This document shows positions 1-7,683 of a stretch of DNA of 34,700 nucleotides, piece by piece (positions within the stretch are counted from its first letter, which is position 1; each line of letters starts with the position of its first letter). The stretch comes from a virus. Its lineage: Duplodnaviria; Caudoviricetes. The stretch covers positions 1-34,700 of the IMG/VR virus record IMGVR_UViG_3300022666_000343; one strand, 5' to 3'. The notes below the pieces were generated by a model. It did not search any database. It was not told the DNA's origin and saw only the letters and a program-made list of their open reading frames with translations. Both the position numbers and the translations under genes were made by a program.

Positions 1-966
1 ATGAAATCACCGATTCAAACGGTAGCCCTGGACTTCGGGGCAGGGAATTTTAAGATGTTCGGCCCTGATGGAGGCGTCGTTATCCCTTCGCACGTGGCAG
101 CGTTCTCCGGCGATCAAATCGGAGAAGTGGCGGGAGTTCGCAGCGTGGCCGGATCCACCCGGATCTCGATAAACGGGTATCGGTTTTACGTTGGCCGCAA
201 TGCTCACGCCTTCGGCCGGCCCGTCGAAAACCTCGACGACGGACGGTTCGCGGCCGGGACACCGGAATTACGGGCGCTCACCTACTCCGCGCTCTCCAGC
301 CTCACCCAGTCCCAAATCAACATCATCGTAGGACTGCCCCAGACCACCCTGGCCGGGGCTCAGGCCAGGACAACGACGGAAGGGCTGCGGGACTGGCTGA
401 CGGGAACGCACACCTGGACGGTCAATGATACCGAACGCGCCATCGACGTGCAAAAGGTGACGATCTCCAGCCAGGCAGCCGGCGGGATGTTCGATTACCT
501 GCTCGACCAGGACGGAAAGTTTCTCCCCGAACGGAAGGCCCGGTTCCGGGAAGAGATCGGGGTAATCTCGATCGGGATGAATACCATCGAATTCCTGGTA
601 GTAAATGGGGGGGAATCGGTGGGGCGCTTCTCCGGGAGCGTTACAGCCGGCGTGCGGAGGCTACTGGAACTGGTCGATCCCCGGGGAATGTACTCCAGGG
701 GCGAACTCGACACCATGCTCCAGGCAAAAAAGCTCGACGTGAAGCCCGCGCTTCCCATCTGGGGGGCAGAGGTGGCCGGGCATGTCGAACGGATCTGGGG
801 GCGCGACCACCGTCGCTTCGCCGCCATTGTGATCGTGGGAGGAGGCGCCGTTCTTCTTCGTGAGGAGCTCGTCAAACTTTTCAACGGCAAGAGCTTCTTC
901 CCCGACGACCCGATCCTGGCCGTCTCCCGCGGGCTCTTCAAACTGGCCTTGATGAAGGGGAAGTAA
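1..966 (+). CDS. parM: ParM/StbA-family actin-like plasmid partition ATPase
   Basis: 321 aa. N-terminal actin phosphate-1 motif (VALDFGAGNFK), IIVGLP, phosphate-2 region (GVISIGMNT) and adenosine motif (IVIVGGGA). Followed directly by a small adaptor-like gene. Confidence 0.85.
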   Translation: MKSPIQTVALDFGAGNFKMFGPDGGVVIPSHVAAFSGDQIGEVAGVRSVAGSTRISINGYRFYVGRNAHAFGRPVENLDDGRFAAGTPELRALTYSALSSLTQSQINIIVGLPQTTLAGAQARTTTEGLRDWLTGTHTWTVNDTERAIDVQKVTISSQAAGGMFDYLLDQDGKFLPERKARFREEIGVISIGMNTIEFLVVNGGESVGRFSGSVTAGVRRLLELVDPRGMYSRGELDTMLQAKKLDVKPALPIWGAEVAGHVERIWGRDHRRFAAIVIVGGGAVLLREELVKLFNGKSFFPDDPILAVSRGLFKLALMKGK

Positions 967-968
967 AA

Positions 969-1187
969 ATGGGTCGCCCGCGCCGCGCATCCAACATCGT
1001 CGTCCACCAGGTCAAGCTTTGGCTCGTTCCTGGGCAGGATGATGATCTCATCGAATTTTTTGCGGGGCTTACCGAGGGCGGCAAAGCGGCAGCGGTCAAG
1101 TCGGCCATGCGGTCGGGAAATATCGCCAGCTACGAAAACTCCGAAGATGACGATATGGAGGCCCTGTTAGATCAGTTCGTTTTGTGA
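969..1187 (+). CDS. Putative ParR-like (ribbon-helix-helix) partition adaptor
   Basis: 72 aa, starts 2 nt after the parM stop. Beta-strand/helix/helix pattern (HQVKLWL..DDDLIEFF..KAAAVKSAMR) and an acidic C-terminal tail. Position matches type II par operons. Confidence 0.55.
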   Translation: MGRPRRASNIVVHQVKLWLVPGQDDDLIEFFAGLTEGGKAAAVKSAMRSGNIASYENSEDDDMEALLDQFVL

Positions 1188-1224
1188 TGCACTAAACCCA
1201 GCGCGGGTTTAGTGCATCACAAAA
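1180..1224. repeat. Perfect 20-bp inverted repeat with 5-nt spacer
   Basis: TTTTGTGATGCACTAAACCC-AGCGC-GGGTTTAGTGCATCACAAAA, overlapping the stop codon of the ParR-like gene. Confidence 0.95.
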
Positions 1225-1254
1225 AAAAGCGGCTCTCCTGCCGGGGAGGGCCGC
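1221..1254 (-). terminator. Intrinsic terminator on the minus strand
   Basis: Minus strand reads GCGGCCCTCC-CCGGCA-GGAGAGCCGC followed by T8. Confidence 0.7.
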
Positions 1255-1284
1255 AGGGCAGGAGGGGTCAAGTCTTCTCTGCCC
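1221..1284 (-). ncRNA. Candidate ~64-nt antisense (countertranscript) RNA
   Basis: Lies between an extended -10 (1291-1299, minus) and the minus-strand terminator. Predicted two-hairpin fold: GGGCAG...CUGCCC, then the terminator stem. Confidence 0.5.
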
Positions 1285-1290
1285 ACCAAG

Positions 1291-1299
1291 ATTATAGCA
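1291..1299 (-). promoter_or_regulatory. Extended -10 promoter element (TGCTATAAT)
   Basis: Plus strand ATTATAGCA = TGnTATAAT consensus on the minus strand. No strong -35. Confidence 0.55.
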
Positions 1300-1312
1300 C
1301 GCGGAGGGAAAT

Positions 1313-2821
1313 ATGAAAGAGCGGACCACTCAGCAGGTGGCATTATACCTTGCCGGAGGTTTGCTTGTGGCCGGTATCGTGATCGGGCTGCTGGTGGCCG
1401 TTGCGATCGGCGGCGGGGCGCGCTGGCTGGACTCCGACCAGCGTGCCCTGGGCCTGGAGCGCGATCAGGCGCTGCAGGGGCTGCGCGTGGCCACCACCGC
1501 AGTCACCGAGTCGGCCCTGGCCGGGGGTCTGGTGGGGAGCATCATAATCGGGTTGTTTTGGCTGGAGCGGCGCTCCCGCCAGGTCTATGCAGCCGGCGGA
1601 TTGTTTCCGCTCCTCCGGCTCCGGCCGGGCGAAACGCTGTACGATCCCAACCGCGCCGCCGGCGCCATCCTCCGCATCACCGCCGACGGGCACATCGTGG
1701 AATCTCTGGCGTCTCCGTGGTCGGTAGCCGGGGCCCTGGAAGTGCAGAAAGCCGCCGCGCTGGCCACCAGCGGATCAGAACTCCGCATAGACGCCCCGGC
1801 CTTCCGGGACCAGGCCGACCAGGCACTGCCGGCGGCGGAGCCGATTGTAGATCTTCCGGGAATTCCATCCCTGGTAAATCTTCCCGATCTTTTCATCGGA
1901 AAAAATCCAAGCCTGGAAAGCCTGGTTATTGGGGTTGGGAATTCCGGGCCAGTTTCGCTCCCCCTACATGATCTAATGCATATGCTGGCTGTGGGGGCCA
2001 GCGGGTGGGGGAAGTCTACCTGGCTGCGCAGCTTGATCTGGCAACTGGCCCAGGTGCCTGAACCGGTTGAGGTTATGGCCATTGATATCTCAGGATCGGA
2101 ATTCAATATCCTCCACCAGTGGGATCGCTTGCGGTACCCGGTAGCCCGGACAACAGATGAGGCCGAAGGATTACTGGACCAAATCAGAAACGAGATCGGG
2201 CGGCGAAAGGCCCTTTGGGAAAAAGTTCCCCTGGCCAGCAGCCTCCCAGAGTACAACGAATTGACCGGTGAAAAACTTGCCCCCTGGATCTGCTTTGCCG
2301 ATGAGCTCACAAACTTGATGAACCAGGGCGGCGTCATCCGCCCTTTCCGTGAAACGGTCCAAACTGCCCGCCAGTATGGGCTTTTCATGGTCGTTTCCGG
2401 GCAGTCGGTCGTTTCGTCGGTCATCGACACGCAAACCCGCGGTCAGTTTTCCACCCGGCTTTGCTTTCATGCCGAGCCGAGCTCTAGCCGGGTCGTCGTC
2501 GATGATCGATCTGCAGCGCGGATCGGAATAAAGGGCCGGGCCATCGCGCAACTGTTCGGAATGCCCCGCATGGAAATTCAGGGTCCCTACGTTTCCAAAT
2601 CCGATCTGGCAATGGTTCTTTCAGACGGAGGCCCACGTCGCCCGGCTCCGACCCCGGCCCCCACTCCTGCCCCGGTCATAGACGAAACCGCCCGGCGGGT
2701 CTGGGCAATGCACAATGCAGGATCCTCAGACACGGCCATTGCCCGGGCTGTGTTCGGATATGGAAATTCGCACTACATAGATCGAGTGCGAGACATCTTA
2801 CAACAACAACACAACGGCTGA
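1313..2821 (+). CDS. Membrane-anchored FtsK/SpoIIIE-family ATPase (TraB/TcpA-like DNA translocase) with C-terminal HTH
   Basis: 502 aa. Two N-terminal hydrophobic segments, Walker A GASGWGKS, Walker B ICFADE, ARQYGLFMVVSGQ motif, PAPTPAPTPAP linker and a C-terminal HTH-like segment (SDTAIARAVFG). RBS GGAGG. Confidence 0.85.
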   Translation: MKERTTQQVALYLAGGLLVAGIVIGLLVAVAIGGGARWLDSDQRALGLERDQALQGLRVATTAVTESALAGGLVGSIIIGLFWLERRSRQVYAAGGLFPLLRLRPGETLYDPNRAAGAILRITADGHIVESLASPWSVAGALEVQKAAALATSGSELRIDAPAFRDQADQALPAAEPIVDLPGIPSLVNLPDLFIGKNPSLESLVIGVGNSGPVSLPLHDLMHMLAVGASGWGKSTWLRSLIWQLAQVPEPVEVMAIDISGSEFNILHQWDRLRYPVARTTDEAEGLLDQIRNEIGRRKALWEKVPLASSLPEYNELTGEKLAPWICFADELTNLMNQGGVIRPFRETVQTARQYGLFMVVSGQSVVSSVIDTQTRGQFSTRLCFHAEPSSSRVVVDDRSAARIGIKGRAIAQLFGMPRMEIQGPYVSKSDLAMVLSDGGPRRPAPTPAPTPAPVIDETARRVWAMHNAGSSDTAIARAVFGYGNSHYIDRVRDILQQQHNG

Positions 2822-2864
2822 GTGTTGTAGGGTTGTTGTTGTTGTCTTTGTTGTGTTGTTGTAA
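2798..2864. repeat. CAA/GTT-rich imperfect inverted repeat cluster
   Basis: TTACAACAACAACACAAC (2798-2815) is complementary to both GTTGTTGTTGTTGT (2832-2845) and GTTGTGTTGTTGTAA (2850-2864). Confidence 0.85.
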
Positions 2865-2877
2865 CGAAAGGAGCAGG

Positions 2878-3003
2878 ATGAATGCAGGAGCGACGTTTAT
2901 GCTTTTGATTATCTCGATGGGGATCTACTTCATCATCGACGCCTGGACATCTCCCCCTCCACCGCCACCGCCTCCACCCACCATCAACGTGAAATTGGTC
3001 TGA
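2878..3003 (+). CDS. Small (41 aa) single-pass membrane protein with a 9-proline tract; absent from the ORF track
   Basis: RBS AAAGGAG at 2867-2873. Translates to MNAGATFMLLIISMGIYFIIDAWTSPPPPPPPPPTINVKLV and fills the ftsK-rep gap. Confidence 0.65.
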   Translation: MNAGATFMLLIISMGIYFIIDAWTSPPPPPPPPPTINVKLV

Positions 3004-3025
3004 AAACATCAACCCGGAGGGCAGT

Positions 3026-4045
3026 ATGAATAGCACAATGGTCTCGATAGATCCCCGACAACTTTGGAACCAGGCCCTGGGCGAATTAGAGTTACAAATG
3101 ACCCGGGCAACCTTTGACACCTGGCTGCGAAACACCCAGGGGATTGATATATCGGACGGGAAATTGCACGTCGCAGTTTTGAATACCTATGCGGTGGAAT
3201 GGCTGAACAACCGGCTGGCCTCCGTCGTGGCCAGGACTGTAAACCGGCTGGCCGGGCAAGAGATCCCCATTGAATATATCGTCCAGGAACCAGGCGCGCC
3301 GGCGATCGCCGCTGCAAAGCCCACCACAGCCCCTTCACAGCCCACGCCAGAGCAACCTGACGACACTGCCGAAACGCTGCGCCGGCTGCTGGAGCAGATC
3401 ACCGACCCGGCCGCCCGGGAGGTAATCGAGGGACAGATCGCCAGGCTGGCCGGAGGAGCTGGCGCAGCGCCGGAGCAGCCCACATACTCGTGGATCCAGA
3501 AATATGGCGGCATCGACCCGAAGACCTGGGGATACACCCAGGTCGCCAACTACGCCTACAAATTCTGGCAGCCCGTGATGAACCGCCAGATCCGCGCCAC
3601 CTTCTCTGTCTACCTGGTCGTCAGATCGGCCTACAAATCCGCCGACGGAGAGTGGACAACGCCGAAACTCTGGGCGATCGAAGAGCTTGCCCGGGCGGCC
3701 GGATGTGGACGCCAGTCCATCACCGGAGTCAGCCGGCGCTGCGCAGAAGACGCCCAGGGCGCCGTGCTGGTCCATCCGGAGGATCTGGACGGGAACCAGG
3801 CCGAAAAAGCAGTATGGATGGCCTACCGGCCTGGGGCGCTGGATGTGCTACATGACTACGGGCTGGCCACCGTCGATATCCGGGGCAGCGGCCGCCACAC
3901 CACCTACTGGATCTCGGTTAAAGTCTCGCTCCCACTGCTCTCTCCCGGCCAAGCGGCAACGTTGCCGGCATCACTCCAGGCGGAGCACTCCAAGTTCCTG
4001 GAGGAGCATGATATCCCGGCTGAGGATTGGAAAATGGTTGTGTAA
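3026..4045 (+). CDS. Replication initiator: N-terminal DnaA domain I fused to a winged-HTH-like domain
   Basis: Residues ~9-86 match DnaA_N (LWNQALGELELQMTRATFDTWL...NTYAVEWLNNRL). C-terminal HTH/wing (IEELARAAGCGRQSI...ALDVLHDYGLATV). No AAA+ domain. An iteron array begins at its stop codon. Confidence 0.75.
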   Translation: MNSTMVSIDPRQLWNQALGELELQMTRATFDTWLRNTQGIDISDGKLHVAVLNTYAVEWLNNRLASVVARTVNRLAGQEIPIEYIVQEPGAPAIAAAKPTTAPSQPTPEQPDDTAETLRRLLEQITDPAAREVIEGQIARLAGGAGAAPEQPTYSWIQKYGGIDPKTWGYTQVANYAYKFWQPVMNRQIRATFSVYLVVRSAYKSADGEWTTPKLWAIEELARAAGCGRQSITGVSRRCAEDAQGAVLVHPEDLDGNQAEKAVWMAYRPGALDVLHDYGLATVDIRGSGRHTTYWISVKVSLPLLSPGQAATLPASLQAEHSKFLEEHDIPAEDWKMVV

Positions 4046-4120
4046 AAGCACAACCATTGTTATGCAAATACATAACCAGCGTTGTGTAAATGCATAACTC
4101 CGGTTGTGTAAATACACAAC
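4037..4120. repeat. Four 18-bp quasi-palindromic iterons at exact 22-bp period (putative origin)
   Basis: GTTGTGTAAAAGCACAAC (4037), GTTATGCAAATACATAAC (4059), GTTGTGTAAATGCATAAC (4081), GTTGTGTAAATACACAAC (4103). Confidence 0.9.
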
Positions 4121-4128
4121 CAAAACAT

Positions 4129-4150
4129 AACCGGCCCGGCCGGTTTTTTT
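4129..4150 (+). terminator. Intrinsic terminator after rep, inside the origin region
   Basis: AACCGGCC-C-GGCCGGTT running into a T7 tract. Confidence 0.65.
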
Positions 4151-4227
4151 AATCGGAACGTTAAGTGTGTACTCTGCAACGCAAAACACAACGGGCTTAT
4201 GTATTCTGCACCACAATACACAAGGGC

Positions 4228-4266
4228 CTTGTGTATTTACACAACACGGTTGTGTAAATACACCGA
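4228..4266. repeat. Two further iteron copies preceding an AT-rich tract
   Basis: CTTGTGTATTTACACAAC (4228-4245, inverted orientation) and GTTGTGTAAATACACCGA (4249-4266). An AT-rich stretch follows at about 4280-4345. Confidence 0.8.
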
Positions 4267-4395
4267 CCAGGAAGGGACAAGATAAAGATAACATTCAGAA
4301 ACATAAGTATTGATATTTATCTTAATATCTGATCTTCTTTCTTTACGTCTCAACCCGAAACACAAACACAGAAAACTCCAAACGGAGGAATTCAA

Positions 4396-4608
4396 ATGCC
4401 ATCAATGCAAACGGTTTACGGTAACCAAGTAGTCGCCGAACTCGTTCTGTCTGGAAAGAAACCCACAAACCTGGACTTCGTTAACATCAGGATTGCGGCC
4501 GCCACCTACATAGATGAAACCCGGAAGGAAAAAATCGGCATCATTCCGGCATTCGATTTTGCCGCGATCGTCATGGCCACCTGGCCGGAGTGGGTCAATG
4601 AGCGATAA
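4396..4608 (+). CDS. Hypothetical phage protein
   Basis: 70 aa, RBS GGAGG; first gene after the origin. Confidence 0.7.
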   Translation: MPSMQTVYGNQVVAELVLSGKKPTNLDFVNIRIAAATYIDETRKEKIGIIPAFDFAAIVMATWPEWVNER

Positions 4609-4837
4609 CGACGAGTCCGAATTTCGCCCGGGTGACCAGGTCCTTTGGGGAGAGTCCGGGGCTGGAAAAATCTCCTATCTATCGCTGGACGGAACGCGGG
4701 CCTACATCGTAGACCTTCACGGCCAGCCATGCACAATCCCAACGGAACGCCTTATCAAACGCACAAATCGCCATCTTAAATCTGAGGGCGGCATTATCCA
4801 GTCAGGTAATTCAAGCGGAGGAACCGATGAGCACTAA
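4598..4837 (+). CDS. Hypothetical protein, SH3/KOW-like beta-barrel pattern
   Basis: Starts MSDNDESEFRPGDQVLW; the F.PGD.V motif is typical of small SH3-like phage proteins. Overlaps neighbouring genes. Confidence 0.6.
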   Translation: MSDNDESEFRPGDQVLWGESGAGKISYLSLDGTRAYIVDLHGQPCTIPTERLIKRTNRHLKSEGGIIQSGNSSGGTDEH

Positions 4838-5249
4838 ATTCTATGTTGTTGAGGCCGGGAAATGCCCGGAATGCCATGGGGAGCAATTTACCGGAACGCG
4901 CCTATATTGCGAGGTCTGTGATTCAACATTAACTTCCGATGATATTAAACCCGGCTTGCATATTATGTCCTGCGGGCACGATAGCAGCTCGTTACGGGAA
5001 GAAGACACTATCTGCTCTACGTGCGAAGGCGAGGGAACGATCCGCCGCGAGATCCCGCTGGAAGAAGCGCTGAACACATTGCGAAAGCAGTCCACAATGA
5101 ACCAGGATATCGATACCATCATCAAACAAAACGAACGGCTCAAGGGACTGATCAGTGATGTTGCCGACCGAAGTTACATCTGCCCCTGGTGCGGTCACGC
5201 CCGGGGAGAGCATACCAAAGACTGCGAAGCCCTTGAGGTGCTGCGATGA
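4827..5249 (+). CDS. Cys-rich zinc-finger protein
   Basis: 140 aa with CPECHG, CEVC, CSTCEG and CPWC...H...C motifs. RBS GGAGG. Confidence 0.7.
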   Translation: MSTKFYVVEAGKCPECHGEQFTGTRLYCEVCDSTLTSDDIKPGLHIMSCGHDSSSLREEDTICSTCEGEGTIRREIPLEEALNTLRKQSTMNQDIDTIIKQNERLKGLISDVADRSYICPWCGHARGEHTKDCEALEVLR

Positions 5250-5671
5250 ACGCCAAAACCATCGATGCCCGCCATCTCCGGGCCAGTAACGTGAATTCCT
5301 TGCTTTGTTTCATAGCGGAACGTGGACAACACTTCTTTGAGCACAACAACAAAGTGTCCCATTTTGAAATCGATGAGGATGGGAAAATATCGTGGCTCGA
5401 TGAGGGAACGCTGGAACGCACAACCGCAGTGCGCTACCTCGAAAGCTGGAACCATTTCAGTGAAGAAGAACAGATATTTTTTTTGGTAAAGGATCTTTGG
5501 GATCACATTGCAACAGGTGACCTAGTTGACCGTTTGCATTTTGGTCCCTGGCCGAAGTTTTTCCATAATGGAGATCCCTGGGGCTATGGCCTTGAAACCA
5601 TGGCCGATATCCGAGACGCAGCCGCCGTCCTGGAAATTATCCCTCATGCAGATCCGGCAAAGGAGCAATAG
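5246..5671 (+). CDS. Hypothetical phage protein
   Basis: 141 aa, ATGA-coupled to the upstream gene. Confidence 0.7.
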   Translation: MNAKTIDARHLRASNVNSLLCFIAERGQHFFEHNNKVSHFEIDEDGKISWLDEGTLERTTAVRYLESWNHFSEEEQIFFLVKDLWDHIATGDLVDRLHFGPWPKFFHNGDPWGYGLETMADIRDAAAVLEIIPHADPAKEQ

Positions 5672-5672
5672 A

Positions 5673-6110
5673 ATGAACCACTACGCGGGAGCAAGCTGGA
5701 TTCAAGGTCAGATTGAACATGGTCGTTACAAGGGGCCTTTGTCGCCTATCGGCCGGAAAGCCGCCACCATTCTGGGAGATCTCTATCAGGGAATCTACCA
5801 CATAGAGGATCAGGCCCAGAAGGTCAATTGGAGCAATCCGGATTTTATTACCATCGTTGTCTATAAAAGCCATGGGCTGGCAACCTTCGACGGCGATCAG
5901 CTCACGCAGCTGGTGCTCATGGCTCACCTTCTGAGCGTCAGGGTATCGATCGAGCCAGCGAGTCCCCGTCATTTGCGCTTGGTCTTCGCCCACCGGACCC
6001 GCGAGGGGGATCTGTATTTCCGCCACCCGGGCCTTTCTGAGGCTATCGAGATGTTCAATGCCCACTATGGCGTCGATGTGCTCAAAGACGACCTGGCGGA
6101 TGAGCAATGA
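5673..6110 (+). CDS. Hypothetical phage protein
   Basis: Start MNHYAG with RBS AAGGAG; globular composition. Confidence 0.7.
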   Translation: MNHYAGASWIQGQIEHGRYKGPLSPIGRKAATILGDLYQGIYHIEDQAQKVNWSNPDFITIVVYKSHGLATFDGDQLTQLVLMAHLLSVRVSIEPASPRHLRLVFAHRTREGDLYFRHPGLSEAIEMFNAHYGVDVLKDDLADEQ

Positions 6111-6424
6111 ACATCCCCATTGATCCGACAGAAATACACGACGAACTCAGCCCGGTCGCCCGGTACGTCAAACGCAGCCTTACCGAGCAGCTGCGAGAGG
6201 CCCTGGGGGCAACCTGGGACGAGACGACAAACCAGGCCGCCGAACGGGTAGCGGAGGAGCGCAACCAGGCGCTGCAGCGGGAGGCCGCGGCGATCGCCGG
6301 CATTAAAGCGCTCAATGACGAATTGCAGCACATATACGCCAGGCTGCACGACGCGCTGTCAGCGTCCCGTGAGCGCGCCCTGGGCCGCGTTGAGCAGATC
6401 CTGGAAGAGATCCTGGAGGAATAG
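6107..6424 (+). CDS. Coiled-coil hypothetical protein
   Basis: 105 aa, helical E/A/R/L-rich, ATGA overlap. Confidence 0.7.
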   Translation: MNIPIDPTEIHDELSPVARYVKRSLTEQLREALGATWDETTNQAAERVAEERNQALQREAAAIAGIKALNDELQHIYARLHDALSASRERALGRVEQILEEILEE

Positions 6425-6426
6425 CC

Positions 6427-6669
6427 ATGAAAAACAGCGGTTACAACTACATCGGGCGGATGCCGGATTGCCGGTGTTGCGTCGCCGTATGTGTCGATAA
6501 CGGCGATAAGCGCACCGCGAAAAACATCTCTGATTTCATCACCAGCGGCCTGATCGTTGAACGAGTCAGCGATCAGGATTACCAGGAAAAAGTCTGCAAA
6601 GAGCCGGGTTTCTTCAAATGTCCCCACCAGGCCCCCGCCGCCGGCGCTACGCAGGAAAAGCTCTTTTGA
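6427..6669 (+). CDS. Small Cys-rich hypothetical protein
   Basis: 80 aa, CRCC..C and C..C motifs, RBS GGAGG. Confidence 0.65.
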   Translation: MKNSGYNYIGRMPDCRCCVAVCVDNGDKRTAKNISDFITSGLIVERVSDQDYQEKVCKEPGFFKCPHQAPAAGATQEKLF

Positions 6670-6690
6670 GGCATAGATACGTATCAAATC

Positions 6691-6718
6691 GGTTCCGATA
6701 ATCGGCGTTATCGGCAAC
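6691..6718. other. dif-like 11-6-11 site A (putative tyrosine-recombinase site or operator)
   Basis: GGTTCCGATAA-TCGGCG-TTATCGGCAAC. Intergenic; the arms share an inverted CCGATAA. Confidence 0.6.
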
Positions 6719-6739
6719 TGACAGAAAGAAAGGAGACCT

Positions 6740-7120
6740 ATGGGAAAGCGATGTGGTTGGATGAGGAAAAACGAATTCAGTCCTGTTGTGAAGCATATGC
6801 TGCAAGCGTTCGAAACCGTTTTTCACGAGCATACCAATGGATACACGGTTACCTATTTCAGGGATGATGCCGTGTTTGTAATGGTCAACGGGTATCTGAA
6901 TTGTTATTATCTGGCGCGGATGGTTTGCCAGTTCCCTGAAATCGGTTTCGACGTAGAGGCGGCAGCGCCGGGATATGTGATTCTGCGGATGTTCAGCAAT
7001 GCATACGAGATCAAAAACAACGAGAGCCGGCTCCCTGAAATTCAAACCCCGGTAGAAATCCATCAATGGACCGAGACCACAGGGGTCAGAGTTCGCGCTG
7101 ATGCAAAGCATGGGTGGTGA
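6740..7120 (+). CDS. Hypothetical protein (cassette gene 1)
   Basis: 126 aa, RBS AAAGGAG; immediately after site A. Confidence 0.65.
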   Translation: MGKRCGWMRKNEFSPVVKHMLQAFETVFHEHTNGYTVTYFRDDAVFVMVNGYLNCYYLARMVCQFPEIGFDVEAAAPGYVILRMFSNAYEIKNNESRLPEIQTPVEIHQWTETTGVRVRADAKHGW

Positions 7121-7123
7121 AAA

Positions 7124-7450
7124 ATGTCACTTTTTGAAAAATCGCAGTATTGCAAACTTTGTGGTGAATATAGCTACGGCCCCTGCAAGTGCAAGGAGTT
7201 CTACTGCACGATTGATGAGCCGGAAACGATTGAAGACTGGGAGCACGACTCCGACAAGATCAACGCCAAAAGCGCTGGCTCCGCTGCCGTCAAGTTTTGC
7301 GAGCGTTCAGACATTGACGGGTGGTTTGAGGGTACGCGCACTGTTTTTGTTCGACTGGGGATTGATGGGGCAATCAAACGGATCGAAGTTGAATCATGGC
7401 TGGAGCCGTCGTATGAGGCGTCAGAGGTTGTTGAGTGGGTGGCAAAATGA
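7124..7450 (+). CDS. Hypothetical protein with N-terminal Cys cluster (cassette gene 2)
   Basis: 108 aa, CKLC...CKC motif. Confidence 0.65.
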   Translation: MSLFEKSQYCKLCGEYSYGPCKCKEFYCTIDEPETIEDWEHDSDKINAKSAGSAAVKFCERSDIDGWFEGTRTVFVRLGIDGAIKRIEVESWLEPSYEASEVVEWVAK

Positions 7451-7668
7451 AAAACGAAGACCGTGACATTACGATTCTTAACATCTCCAGCATGCCCTGT
7501 TTTTGCGTGGTGTTGAAACGCGCTGTAGATGGTTCATGGGAACCGGCTGGGCCGTTTTCTACTGAGAATGAAGCTATTGCTTTTCACGATACGTTGCCGA
7601 AAGACATGGAGAAGGTCATCATCCACTATAAGGCCCATTGCGGATTTGCTTTCAAGGACGAGGAGTAA
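7447..7668 (+). CDS. Hypothetical protein (cassette gene 3)
   Basis: Start MKNEDR with ATGA overlap; GPFSTENEA motif is common in small phage proteins. Confidence 0.6.
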   Translation: MKNEDRDITILNISSMPCFCVVLKRAVDGSWEPAGPFSTENEAIAFHDTLPKDMEKVIIHYKAHCGFAFKDEE

Positions 7669-7683
7669 TTCTATAGGCCTTTT

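Noticed and set aside
3026-4045. Calling this gene chromosomal dnaA
   Set aside because: Only domain I is present; there are no AAA+ Walker motifs, no domain IV signature and no dnaN context.
4037-4120. Regularly spaced palindromic repeats as a mini CRISPR array
   Set aside because: Units are 18 bp with 4-nt gaps, there are no spacer-length unique sequences and no cas genes. Iterons fit better.
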